A stretch of DNA of 64,000 nt, taken from Squalus acanthias (taxonomy: Eukaryota). The notes under the pieces were generated by a model, which made no database searches, had not been told where the DNA came from, and was given only the letters and a program-made list of their open reading frames with translations. The stretch's first letter is position 1. Every line of letters begins with the position of its first letter. Positions 12,530-25,215 of the stretch are shown here, piece after piece. The stretch is taken from NCBI GenBank assembly GCA_030390025.1, contig CM059432.1, positions 67,768,001 through 67,832,000 of the forward strand, in the 5' to 3' direction. The position numbers and the translations under genes are program-made.

Positions 12530-13575
12530 CTTTTTTTTATGGGATGTGGGCATCGCTGGCAAGGCCAGCATTTATTGCCCATCCCTAATTGTCCTTGAGA
12601 AGGTGGTGGTGAGCGGCCTTCTTGAACCTCTGCAGTCCGTGTGGTGAAGCTACTCACATAGTGCTGTTAGGTAGGGAGTTCCAGGATTTTGACCCAGCGA
12701 CGATGAAGGATCGGCGATATACTTCTAAGTCAGGATGGTGTGTGACTTGGAGGGGAACTTGGAGGTGGTGCTGTTCCCATGTGCCTGCTGCCCTTGTCCT
12801 TCTAGGTGGAAGAGGTCGCGGGTTTTGGAGGTGCTGCCAAAGAGGCCTTGGTGAGTTGCTGCTGTGCATCTTGTAGATGGTACACACTGCAGCCACGGTA
12901 CGCCGGTGGTGGAGGGAGTGAATGTTTAAGGTGGTGGATGGGGTGCCAATCAAGCGGGCTGCTTTGTCCTGGATGGTGCCGAGCTTCTTGAGTGTTGTTG
13001 GAGCTGCACTCATCCAGGCAAGTGGAGAGTATTCCATCATACTCCTTACTTGTGCCTTGCAGATGGTGGAAAGGCTTTGGGGAGTCAGGAGGTGAGACAC
13101 TTATCGCAGAATACCTAGCCTCTGACCTGCTCTTGTTGCCACAGTATTTATGTGGCTGTTCCAGTTAAGTTTCTGGTCAATGGTGACCCCCAGGATGTTG
13201 ATGGTGGGATATTCAGCAATGGTAATGCCGTTGAATGTCAAGGGGTGCTGGTTAGATTCTCGCTTGTTGGAGATAGTCATTGCCTGGCACTTCTGTGGCA
13301 CGAAAGTTACCTGCCACTTATCAGCCCAAGCCTGAATGTCATCCAGGTCTTGTTGCATGCGGGCATGGACTGCTTCATTATCTGAGGAGTTGTGAATGGC
13401 ACTGAACACTGTGCAGTCATCAGTGAACATCCCCATTTCTGACCTTATGTTGGAGGGAAGGTCATTGATGAAGCAGCTGAAGATGGTTGGACCTAGGACA
13501 CTGCCCTGAGGAACTCCTGCAGCGATGTCCTGGGGCTGAGGTGATTGACCTCCAATCACCACAACCATCTTCCTG
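12530..13575 (-). mobile_element. 5'-truncated CR1-group LINE (lineage A)
   Basis: ORFs with GVPQGSVLGP, FTDD and KAQVRSMMEYSPLAW; A-tail at ~12530. Confidence 0.88.
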
Positions 13576-14367
13576 TGTGTGGACATTGGGTGAGGACAGG
13601 GCTGGGCTAGGCACAATGCACCCCCTTGACTGAATAAACTGCTGACACGAGGAAGGCAGGGATGAAAATTCATGGAAAAACAAGGGGAAAAAACTAACTA
13701 GAAATTAAAGGAATTCTGTTTATGAGGTTCACTATTTGATCAGGTGGCACCATTGTTTAATATTTGACAATATTTTCAGATTTTTTTCTTGTTTAATGAC
13801 AGGTAATTTAAGCTCCATTTGCTGCACTGGGTTTCCCTCCTGCCAAATCATTGGAATTTCGTAGCCTTCATGTTTTGTCACAGCCTTCATTAATACAGTA
13901 GAGAAAGCAATTTGAAAGTGCATTAAGCAATTGTATTATAACTTCCTTTCTACTCTTTAACCATTAAACTAACAAGAGTTGGTGATTGAGATATTTTCTC
14001 GTGTGTTTTTTTTTCTTTTTTTCTTTCTTCATAGAATCATAGAATGGTTACAACACGGAAGAAGGCCATTTGGCCGGTTGAGCCCGTGCCAACTCTCAGC
14101 TAGTCCCACTCCCCTGCCCTTTCCCCTTCTTATCAATTTTTCTCCACCAATTTACTCACATTCTTTCCTAAGACACTTGCAACAGGAGTTGTTGGTTAGC
14201 AAGCAGGAGCAGGAAAACAGGTTGATTTTCTCCTCTCCCCTAACCTGTCACTGCTCTGGCTGGGATCAGCTAAGTTAGCATAGAGTAGGGATTGACACTG
14301 GCACTTTCTCAGCCTGTAGAATTTGGTCACCTAGTGTGTAAGGCAGCAGGCCAATCGAGGGAACCTT

Positions 14368-14479
14368 GGGTTGACCTTTCAACTTCGGCAGGGGTGTAAA
14401 ACTGGTGGTATCGGATTATCCACCCATTACACACCCCACCCGATTTTCCTATCCATTGCCAAAGTTGAAAGTTCCACCC
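14368..14479. mobile_element. 112-bp miniature inverted-repeat element
   Basis: 23-bp imperfect TIRs gggttgacctttcaacttcggca / tgccaaagttgaaagttccaccc. Confidence 0.7.
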
Positions 14480-15145
14480 TTTGTGTGTTTGAATGGGTCA
14501 TAAACATCAGCTTACACTTCATTCAAGAAAATAGACTTAAGCTTGCCTCTCAACTGTCCTGTTTTAATAAAGATATTCAGAACCTCTAAGAAAAGTAGCA
14601 TGGGTGTGTTACTTGGCTGATTCCACAGAAAACCATACTCCTGCTCAAATGCCACCCTGAATTCAACACATTACAAGTCAGAGGGAACGGTTGTCAGAGT
14701 AGATTTAATTAAATATTTCTGGAAGAATAAGACTCCTGCTGTATCTCCCTATTTGAATTTGTGTAATGCAAAACAGCTTTTAAACATATCTATCAAATTG
14801 GCTAAAAGCAAAGCTAGGCTATTGCTTAGCCCAGTGTGAAAGTGACTCCATTATAATATAACTGAATTAAATACCAAGCTGATCATCATTGTGACAATTA
14901 GCATAGATTCAAAAGGAAATGCATTTCGGTGTAATTATTCACTATTCACTAATAGAATCAAGTCAACTTGAAGCTATTATTAGCAGGGCTGAATAATACA
15001 ATCTAGCCTTATTTTTGATGGATCTAACAGATACAGTTAGATGCTGGGATTGAGGGATTTAATTATATATTTTAATCCTGGCAATTTATTAGTCAGGCCA
15101 CTTTTAGAATATTGTATGCAATTTTTGAGTTGTGTTAGAAATGCA

Positions 15146-16761
15146 GGTCTAGAAATTTGGGCGTTTAGCACAGGCAGTTAAGGGCCGTTTTGCTGAAAAA
15201 ATGGCGGCCGACTCGCTTCCGCCCGCTTCCAGCGGGTACCGCGGTGGCCACCATTTTGGGCAGGTTGGCAGCATTGCCATTGTCAGCGTTCACTAGAGAA
15301 AGGGAAATGAATCAGATCGTAACGTCAACAACTGTGCAACACCGATTTGATGCACAATCTGCCATTTCTGACGTCTCCACTGCACTTACCGCCCTCTCTT
15401 AATCACGACCAGCAGACCAAGCGTTCAGCAGCAGGAAGGAGCCCCCAGCAGCGATATTTAAAGAGATCATCAACAATAACTTGCAGCTGACATGGTTTCT
15501 CAGTTTTCCTGGCTCTGTCTAAGTTTCTGCAAATCTTGCAGCTTTCTAAAGTTGTTTAAAGTTGCTGAGGTGACAGGAAGTGTTACTGCAAGTGGAGGAC
15601 GCTTTGATTCTCATTTAAAGGCTTCTGCTCACATCACTTGCTCACAGTCATGGGGGCTGTACTTGCAGTCCACCTTGCGCTCAAGTATCTTTGGGAGAGG
15701 GAGCAGAGGCGAAGAAGAGGACAAGATACTCGCAGAGGGAGGAGGAGGGGCAAGAGGGCTCTCAGCAGGAGGTCTTACCCATCTAGGGTCTTCCAAGAGC
15801 ACTTCTCTTACCTCCATTTAAGCCAGGAGCAGTGTATTAGGAGGCTCCACTTCAGTAAGAAGGTGGTCACAGAACTCTACCACCTCCTGCAACCATACCT
15901 GCAGCCTGAGAGCAGGACGACGACAGCTCTCCCAGTGTCCCTCAAGGACATCGTGGCCCTCAATTTCTTTGCCACCGGATCCTTCCAGTCCGCAGCAGGA
16001 GACATAGCTAACATCTCCCAGTTCGCTGCATCCGGGAGGTCACAGAGGCCCTGTACTCCAGGAGAAGGGATTTTATTGTCTTCTCTCTGAACAGAGATAA
16101 GCAGGACAAGCGCGCATGTGGCTTTGCAAGGATAGGGGGCTTCCCCATGGTGCAGGGCACCATCAATTCCACACATTTGGTTTTGTGGGCACCGTATACC
16201 AATCCTGGGATGTTCTGTAACTGCAAAGGCTACCACTCACTTAATGTGTAGCTGTTGTGCGACCATGCACGTCAACCCGAGGTGGCTGCTTGGAAACAAG
16301 GGCTATCCACTCTGCACCTGGCTGATGACTCTCGTCCGCAACCCCACCACTCGTGACCAGCACTCATATAATGTCAGCCATGCTGCCACCAGGAACATCA
16401 TTGAGCATACCATCGTGGTGCTCAAGCAATGGTTCCACTGCCTTGAAAAGCTTCTTGCTCGCACCCTAGGTTGCTGTGCCATGGCTTGTTCCACAATGAC
16501 AATGAGGTACTTCTGCAACAAGGCACCTCCCCTTTAAGTATGCAGAGAGCCTAGGCCAAACTTCATTGGCCATTAGACTGCACCTGATATTGGCTGCCCC
16601 GTTGAGTGCTAAGCCAATCAGCAGCGTGTTTAGCACTGAGATCAGTGCTCCAATCATTATAATGCATAAGCAGCACGAATTTTGCGTGATGCCCGCACCA
16701 CTTAGAACAGGCGCAGACAAATAGCGCCACCCGTTTTCGGACCTTATCCAATTTCTAGGCC
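15146..16761 (+). mobile_element. Internally deleted Harbinger with transposase pseudogene (same family as 42867-47029, opposite orientation)
   Basis: TIRs ggtctagaaatt / aatttctaggcc; transposase remnants ALNFFATGSFQ, WLLGNKGYPL and IEHTI; Myb gene essentially deleted. Confidence 0.85.
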
Positions 16762-16929
16762 AGAGAAAAGACATGATTCAAGTCTTTATAATGATGATGG
16801 TTGTGGATGAATTATATATAAACAGCTTATTTAAAGTAGACTTTGCTTGTAGAATTGGGATCATAAATAGAATATCAATAATCCAATCAATTATGGAGGA
16901 GTCCATAAGCAGCATGTGAGGACAAGTTA

Positions 16930-17700
16930 AGCATCTAATGGAGGACTTTAACAACACTGCAAGTCACCATAGACTGTATGTCAGTTCCAGGGACATTTGC
17001 TCTGCAAACCTCCATAACAGATGCCCCGAGGAGCAGTTTTGCACTTCCTCTGTGGATTCCCAGACTCTTGGCATGGAGGCTTGGGAAGCCATATTGAAGA
17101 GGATAGCATTGATCTCCCAGTAGCCATCCTGAGACTTCCCTTTCAGGGTTGAAGAGTGCTGGCATGATGAATTATCATGAAATGAATGCATTGTGACAGC
17201 TGCCAGGGAGTTGCCATATATTCGCCAGCATGATATGTTGCTGCTGGTGTCAAACAAACTGTACATTTAGACAATGCAACCCTTTCTTGTTGAGGTAATT
17301 GGTGCATTGAGCAAGGGAGCATATTTAACCACATGAATGCAATCTATGACTCTTTGGACCTTGGACAGCACCCTGTCATGCTGCTGCTCATTGTCCGTGT
17401 GAATGCGAATGATATTGTTTGCACACAATGCTTTCATGCCTTCATTAATAGAAGTGTATACAGTTGATTGGCATATGTTAGTGATGTCCCTAGAATGAAC
17501 CTGTGGCATAGAAATGCAGAGTGGTTATGACCTTCATAGCCATTGGTACTACAGTGAGATATGCTGTAGGACGGTTTACAGCATGTGACATAACTTAGTG
17601 ACAGCTTTGTTTGTAAAATAAAGCCTCCACAAGCACTACTCTGGGGACAACTGGAAGTTGGAGCTGCTCTGTCTATTTATTTTGGTGCAGAGGTACCCTG
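16930..17700 (-). pseudogene. Old, degraded Harbinger transposase
   Basis: VQRVIDCIHV and GWLLGDQCYPL in different frames. Confidence 0.7.
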
Positions 17701-18049
17701 CGTTGCAGTGCCATCCGCCTGCTGTGAGGGGCTGTAGTGTGATATTTCTAAAGTATTCAATAATCAGAATTAAATTATAGATCATTTTAGAAGCCAGCCA
17801 TCACCTTTGCATTTGTAATCACTTTATAGCAACAGCTCATGTAGGATTAAGCCTGACCTTTGGATAATTTAAAGTATATATTATATAATAAAATTAAGTG
17901 AAGGTGTCAAAACTTACAAAGATTTTCCTCTGTCGTGAGCTTGGGTAATCAGTGTTATGTCAGGACTCCATCCCCATTGTGCTGCCCAGGATTTCTTGGT
18001 CTCTTCAATGATAAAAAAGCCATCAGGAGCAACTTTGCAGGTATGTCGC

Positions 18050-18970
18050 TCCAACAACAATAACAACTCATATTCATATCGCGCCTTTAATGTAGTAAAA
18101 CATCCCAAGGCACTTTGCAGGAGTGTTATTAAACAAAATTTGACACCAAGCCACATAAGGAGATATTGGGCCAGAAATTCGGCTCTCCGGCTTCCCGCGG
18201 GTGCAAGGATCGCGTGTGTACTTACCTAGAGCACCTGCCGTTGTGCTTTGGGCCCGCGTAAAATTCGGCTCCTGGGCCTCCTGCAGCTGCCGGCGTGCAG
18301 TGCTTGTGTATCCCAGGGGCGCAGTTAGTTCGAAGCGTCCCCTGGGATCACGTAGGCCATGGAGAGCCAATCGGAGCTGGGAATCTCCATTCATAGATTT
18401 TGACAGGAAGACCTGTTAAATCTATAAATAGAGATCGGCCCCAAAACCTCACTAAAACTTCAAATAAATAAAAAAAAAATCACAAGTTTAAAAATAACTA
18501 TAAATTACATAAATTAACTACTTCAAACAAAAATTTAAATTTTGAAAAAATTAATTAAACTTTTTAACGGTGCTAAAAATAAACTTACCTTTCTTTAAAG
18601 TATGTAAAAAAGATAAACCTGTTGAAAAAATGTTTAAATAGTACTTAATTCACCACTTACCTTGTTAAAAGCAGGCCTTGCGCCTCCTTTTTTCCTGCGC
18701 AGCTTCTCCGTACTTACCCTCATGGGGAAACCTGGAAAAAAAAAATGAAGTTCGCTGCGTGCGCGCTGCCTCTCCGGCGCACACGTTCGATCTCTGAACC
18801 CCTTCCTTCAGGGAAACGGAAGTTCCGGTTTCCAGCGCATGCGCAGTGCATGCTTGAAACCGGCACTTTCTTTGGGTCTACGGGTGAGTACACAGCGCGT
18901 ACTCACCTGTGGAGACCCGAATTTCTGGCCCAATAGGACAGATGACCAAAAGCTTGGTCAAAGAAGGTTT
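18050..18970 (-). mobile_element. L2-type 3' tail fragment split by a MITE
   Basis: (aac)n followed by gcgcctttaatgtagtaaaacatcccaagg; resumes as aggacagatgacc after 18934. Confidence 0.7.
18168..18931. mobile_element. Harbinger-type MITE related to 7227-8867
   Basis: Perfect 12-bp TIRs gggccagaaatt / aatttctggccc; flanks ATT/AAT; shared AT-rich core. Confidence 0.88.
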
Positions 18971-21755
18971 TACGCACCCCAGAAGGATAATTGAGTCTTC
19001 TGTCTCCTTCTCTCTTTCTTATTTGTAATGATTGAGTTCTTAAAATACATTCTTTTGTTAAAACAAATGCTCTTGATAAGAGTCGGAACTTAACAACAAC
19101 TGTAATTCAGAAAGATGCAAGATTCAAAATAACCGAGAATACAAAGATTGCTAATTTAGGAACAGTGAACATCATATATTGCATAAAAATTCCTACATTT
19201 TTTTTACATGTATGAGGATAATAATATGTACAATTTATTTGTTAAAACTGTCAAAACTAATATTAAATTCATAGAAATCTCAGAGTCCTTGGAAAATTGT
19301 ATCCTGTTCTCCAATGAAGATTGCCACCATTTTTCATGTGAGGCACAACGATGATTTAGTAGTACATTGTGTATCTTTGATTTCCCTGGTTTTAAATTAC
19401 AGATTAGATAAAGAACAAATGGATGTAGTTTCTGGAGGAAGATGACTCAGTAAATGGAAATAAATGTTCTTTGAAAACGACCATTTCAAAGACTCTCAAT
19501 AGCAAATGATAGCTTTCAGATTTATGCTGATATAAAACATCATTATTCAGTAAGCATTGTGGTTTATGATTATAACTTCATCCATGCATGGTGGAATTTG
19601 TAAATTTTTGCTTGATGTTCACTAAAAGTATCCAGAGAATGCAAGTCTGTTACTGACGTAAACCAAGACAGCTTGTTTCATACTTCTATAATTTATTGGG
19701 ATATTTATGGTAATTTCACAAAGCTGTGCCATTAATTTTAATGGATGTAAAATTGTAGAAGACATGTGCCTGAATTCTCAATATGTGCTTCTGGTGGACA
19801 AAACTTCTCATTGTGAGTATGAATTCATAAAATTACCCAATCATGTGCAATTTTGATTACCTCATCATTAAAAAATTATTGCTGCATTACAAAGAATTCA
19901 GAGAAAAGCAACAACAGTGACTCTGGGGTCAGGATTATCCTCTTCAGCTGTGGCTCAGTGGGTAGCCCTCTCTAGGTGGGAGGGCCTAGGAGTGAGCAGG
20001 TGCTGCTTGGTGCTTGATTACTGCAGGGAGTTGGAGTGAGTTTGTAAAAAGTTGGTGGTGGTTTTTTTTCAGGTTTTAGGGCTGTTTTGGTCCTTAAACA
20101 GCAGCCAGATGGCTGCTGAGGGGCCTGGAGTGCCGGGCCCCTCAGAGGACAATGCTCCCAAGATGAAATTAATCAGGGGAGAAAATGTTGGGGGAAGGTA
20201 GAAAAAAAGGCCCAAAGATTTGGGCCAGGACCCCAGGAGGTTTGGAAAAGAAAACACGGTGGTGGTTCAGTGCGAGGATAAGGAGATATGAGCTTAGGAT
20301 ATTATCCAGGCAGTGCATGAGGACTGCGGCGAGGGAAGCTGCTTTGCCTGCCGACCAAAGCCGAATGTTGGGTTCAAGGTGACGGTCAGTGGCCAAGAGG
20401 AGGTGGAAAGACTTTTACTGAGTTTGAAGGTTGGAGATAAGTTCTTGGAGGTAACTCTGCTATATTCTGAAGAGGTGGTGGTCTCATTCTTAAACCTGCT
20501 GGTTTATATTGAGGAAGATGTGCTAATAAAAAAGTTGGAGTCGTGGGACATTAAAATTTGCTCAGCAATAAAGAGGAGATACTATCCAGGAACGGTTGTA
20601 GCAGATGGAACCCATTATGTAAAGGTGCGGTTCCCAGAGGGGGTGAAGTCATTGCCGTTTAGCATGAAATTCAAGACAATGGAAGGGGTGCAGTACTTTC
20701 GGGTACTACATGATAACCAGGTGAAGGTTTGTTATTATTGTCTTGGACACGACCATCTTGTAAGAAGCTGTCCAGACTTGTACTGTTATAACTGCGGCGA
20801 GTCTGGACACATCGCTCAGAGCTGCAAGGTGGAGAGCTGTGGGGTGTGTCACAAAGGCCCCACCCGCTGTGAGTATGTGGCAGAAGGAAGCCCCTTGAGT
20901 GATGAGGAGATGGGAGAAGGAGAAGGAGCAAGAGGTGTGAGTGGAGCTGCTGGAGGAGCAGAGCAGGTGGAGGACACAGCTGATGATTGGAAGGAGAAAA
21001 GAGTGCAGGAAGAGGCAAAAAATTGCGGAGAAGAGAACAGGATGGAAATGGTGGAAAACACACCAAGTATGGTGGAAAAGGACAAAGACAGCAGCGGGCC
21101 GCACGGGTCGAGGGCAGAGCCGAGCCATAATACGGCTCGGCTCTCCCTAAAGAATCTGGTGTCCGCGGGGGGAGAGGAGATGGGAGCGGGGTGCGGGGTA
21201 AGTGTAAGTACTCCAAAGAAAGATGGGGAGTCGGACATCTCGGGGAGCAGGAGGGGGCAAGACAAGGAGAGGGTGCAAGAGGCAGGAGCCTTAATGGGGC
21301 AGCAGGACGGGAGTGGGGGGACAAAGAGCCCAGAAGGGAGCAAGATAGGTGCAGATGCACCATTGACTCAGAGAGAGAAGAAACGGGGAGCAAGGGTCAG
21401 TGGTGGAGATGAGGCCGAAGGGAGTGGCATTATTGGAGAAACCGTGATAGCAGGAAGACTCTCTAAGGGAGATTATGGGCTGGATTTTTTCTTGGGGTCG
21501 GGTTGGGGTCGTGTTACCCACATTTCGTGTTGCCCCCCCGATTCCAGATGAATGTGGATGAATGATGCGATTTTAACTTAATTGGCCAATTGAGTTCCAA
21601 CATGTGGGAACCCATGGCCAATGAGTTATTCCAGTCTGAAAGTCGCCTCCGATGATGTCATCATTGCTGTTGCATTTAAGGTCTGCAACAAGCCTTGCTT
21701 CCTCTGCAGGCTGCCAAGCTTTTGGACCTGTAATCTAAAGAAAACTGCAGCAGGA

Positions 21756-23719
21756 ATGGCCAGCCAACGCCCCAGGGCTGCTCCCAGGTTCCATGACGTT
21801 GCCCTGCAGGCTTTGGTAGATGGAGCAAGAGCCAACAGGGAGGTGCACTTCCCCTCCTCAGGGAGGAAGAAGCCTCCCCAGCAGACAAAGGCTGTGTGGG
21901 TCCAGATCACCCAGGAGGTCACCTCCTTATCATTCACCTGCAGAAACTGGATCCAGTGCAGGAAGAGTTTCATGACCTTCTACGTACTGCTAAAGTGAGT
22001 ATGACTTTCCCTTCACCCTCAATCTGATCCCCATTGTCTCTCCTCACCAGCACTCAGCTTTAGCAACCTCTTCCTCCATATCCCACTTGACACTGACATC
22101 CATGCACCCTTACCCATTCCCTCTCCTCTATGGTCACATTCACCTTACTATTCGACTATGCAGCCCTCACACTACCTATCACTGTCATGCTTTGAAAACA
22201 ACTTATAACACACAGGGAGGGCCCTTAGTCTCGCCACCTCAATCCATCGTTGTCTCCTTCTAAGCATCTATACTATGGATTCTCTACACTCACTCCTTCA
22301 ATCTCACTCAAACTCCACTTGTCTCCCTCATTGCAGGAAAAGAGAGCTCACTATAAAAGGGAAAGAGCCAGGACAGGAGGAGGGCCACCCTCATTAGCCC
22401 AGCTCACCCCCTGGGAGGATGCGGTCCTGGAGATCGTGGGTGTAGAGGAGGAAACGCAAGTGGGGGACGGACAGACGGGTGCATCAGAGCAAGCTGGTGA
22501 CTAAATAGTGTTCCATCTCTCTCATTGACATTGCATGAGTCGCTGATAATGAATCTGAAGCTCTAACAGATGGATTTATGATCATCTGCAATATGCGATG
22601 TGCATGTAACCTTGGCATCACATCTCTGACTCTTTCCTTTACTCCCCCACAGGACCATCGCAAGCACCCGTCCTCACTAGCCAGGTGGAAGAGCCTGAGC
22701 AGACAGACTCCTCAGAGGAAGCTGCAACCTCTGAGGGCGCAGCGTCAGCAGAACTCAACGCACCCAGCACCAGCGCAGACACTCACACCTCAGTGGGACC
22801 CTCGGGACATAGTGTAGTGTTGTCACCTGGTGTATCACAGCTCACAAGTGAGCATCAGCAGATGGTGGAGACAGGGACAGCAGTGGAGAGTCCTAGTCGG
22901 AGGGCGCAGGACTGTCCTAGCTCGGCTCAGCTGCATGTCAACCCTCTGCCTCTGGGTCCATCCATAAGATCAGCGGTGCTGGGACTCCAGGAACAGATGC
23001 AGGAGTCTCTGAAAGGTTTTGTCTCCAGGGTCGCTGCGAGTGTGGAGCGAATGGAGGAGTCCATAGCGAACATCAGCAGAGCCTTTGTGGAGTCATTGGC
23101 GCATGAACGCATCACCATGGAAAGGATGGCAACCTCCGTGGAAAGGATGGCTACAGTAGATGAGAGGATGGCTATGGCTATGGAGGAGATAAGTCGCCAG
23201 AGTGCACAAAACATGGTCATTGTTCAGAATAGACAGGCATCTCTTGAGGAGCGATGGTCATCTATTGAACAGAGAAACCAGACCTTCATGGAAGTCCTTC
23301 TGAGTAGGACTTCCAGTGCAGATACGGGTCCCCATGGCCCCCCTGATGTGCAGCAAGGTGCTCTCAAGCCACTTGCAAGCGCTGAGGTGGACCTGATCCA
23401 TGAGAGGGATGTTGGTGGCACACAACAAGGAGGTGGGGGCTCCATTCCAAGCGCTCACACTTCCATGCCACTGACAGGTCCTCGGTCAGAGCCCCACCAG
23501 AGTCCGCACCCAACTGAGATCAGCGTCTCAACCCCTGCACAGCCACAGGAGCAGCAGACTGTTGCCGAGCCCTCTCAGGTTCGCAACCCCAGAGGATGCC
23601 CGCCAAAGGAGTCGAGACAGGAGCAGCAACAAAGTGAGCAGAGGGCCTCCACTTCTGCTGAAGCCACAGGGGAAGCACCACGTAGGAGCACGTGTAAGAG
23701 AAAGAAACTGCACAAATAG
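21756..23719 (+). pseudogene. Harbinger Myb/SANT-like DNA-binding protein gene; exons 21756-21994, 22337-22496, 22653-23719; one 1-nt frameshift in exon 1
   Basis: RAAPRF...W..I..EV...WIQCRK and RTGGGPP motifs; GT-AG junctions; exons 2 and 3 are phase-compatible; exon 1 is 239 nt, 1 nt short near 21968. Confidence 0.85.
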
Positions 23720-23976
23720 TCACAAGGGTAGTCACTTGGGTGAATTTTGATGTTTATTGTGAAAAAGCCATCAGGTGTAAAGTTCAAATAAAAACTCTGA
23801 TGGCTACAGCTGCAGTTGTGGCGTCTGTCATTTCACTAATGGGACTTCCACAATGAGGCCTTAGGATAACTTACAATTGTCAGTATGGTGGTCACATTGT
23901 TAGGGATCCGCTGGGTCTGGGCCATTGTCATAGCTCTGGTAAGAAGCTGCGAGGCAAAAGTGCTTGCTTGTCTAGG

Positions 23977-25215
23977 CTAAGCAAATCTGGCCAAGATGAG
24001 TGCGTTCCTTGCATTCCGGGCAGCTATGGTCTTGCGTAATGCTGCCGCTGGTTGATGGGCCTCTGCAAGTTGTTCGTTCTCTCTCTCCTCCTCCTCCTCA
24101 TCTGAGGAGGCTATGTGAGGAGCCACTTGGTCCTCCGGCATCTGTAAGCCACGACGCTGTGCCATGTTGTGAAGTGCACAGCAAACCACGACGATTCTGG
24201 AGACCCTGGCTGCTGAGTATTGCAGGGCTCCACCTGATCTATCCAGGCATCTGAGGCGCATCTTCAGCATACCGATGGTTTGCTCGATTATGGCTCTAGT
24301 GGAAATGTGGCTGGAGTTGTAGCTCTCCTCAGCTGCGTTGGATGGGCTCCTCAAAGGCGTCATTAGCCACGTCTTCAGGGGATAGCCCTTGTCTCCAAGT
24401 AGCCATCCATGAAGTTGGTCTGGTGGACTGAATAGCGGAGGCACACTAGACTGGCGCAGTATGAAGGAGTCATGGCAACTGCCAGGGTACTTGGCATAAA
24501 CATGCTGAACTTCCTTGTTGTGGTCACACACCAGCTGAACGTTGAGGGAGTGGAAGCCCTTGCGGTTGACAAAAATACCTGGATTGCGATGGGGTGCCTT
24601 AAGGGCCACATGTGTGCAGTCAACGATGCCCTGCACCCTAGGAAAGCCTGCCAGATTAGCTAATCCAACCCCACGCGCCGTGACACTTGCTCGATCCTTG
24701 GTGAAATGGATGTGATTGTGCGCGATGGCAAAGAGGGCATCGGTTACCTGCATGATGCAGGTGTGTGCGGCCGCCTGGGAGATGCCGCTGATGTCTGCTG
24801 CTGATCCCTGGAATGAGCCTGAGGCAAAAAAGTTGAGTGCGGTGGTGACTTTGACGGCCACTGGTAAGGGGCGTCCACCTGGTCCTCTGGGCTCCAGGTC
24901 TTGTTGCAGCATTGCGCAGATGTCACTCACTACCTCTCGCGAAAGTCGGAGCCGCCTTTGGCACTGCTGCTCAGACATGTTGAGGTAGCTGACCCTCTGT
25001 CTGTAGACCCTGTTTGGGGGGTATCTCCTGCGCCGATGGCCTTCCATGCGCTGGCCCCTTCTGTCCTGTGCAGCTTCAGGTGGGTGAGCAGCAGCTTGGC
25101 ACTCCTGTTGTTGCTGCTGCTGTTGGTGCTGCTGTTGTTCATGGTTCTGCTGGTGCCGCGGCTGTTGTTCGTCCTCATCGGATACCCAGGAGGGAAAGAA
25201 ATAAATGGCTCCCAT
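23977..25215 (-). CDS. Intact Harbinger (HARBI1-like) DDE transposase, ~412 aa from the ATG at 25215
   Basis: Uninterrupted ORF with HTH region [11 protein letters not shown], catalytic GIVDCTH / LLGDKGY / [15 protein letters not shown] and an N-terminal polyQ. Confidence 0.93.
   Translation of the reverse strand: MGAIYFFPSWVSDEDEQQPRHQQNHEQQQHQQQQQQQECQAAAHPPEAAQDRRGQRMEGHRRRRYPPNRVYRQRVSYLNMSEQQCQRRLRLSREVVSDICAMLQQDLEPRGPGGRPLPVAVKVTTALNFFASGSFQGSAADISGISQAAAHTCIMQVTDALFAIAHNHIHFTKDRASVTARGVGLANLAGFPRVQGIVDCTHVALKAPHRNPGIFVNRKGFHSLNVQLVCDHNKEVQHVYAKYPGSCHDSFILRQSSVPPLFSPPDQLHGWLLGDKGYPLKTWLMTPLRSPSNAAEESYNSSHISTRAIIEQTIGMLKMRLRCLDRSGGALQYSAARVSRIVVVCCALHNMAQRRGLQMPEDQVAPHIASSDEEEEERENEQLAEAHQPAAALRKTIAARNARNALILARFA

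Noticed and set aside
19000..19900. Possible small exons in AT-rich unique DNA
   Set aside because: Some AG/GT sites but no convincing open frame or recognisable homology
20313..21551. Host gene ZCCHC3 or a 412-aa intact protein
   Set aside because: The last ~25 codons come from Harbinger TIR sequence, the 5' part is disrupted, and it sits in a TSD-flanked retroelement
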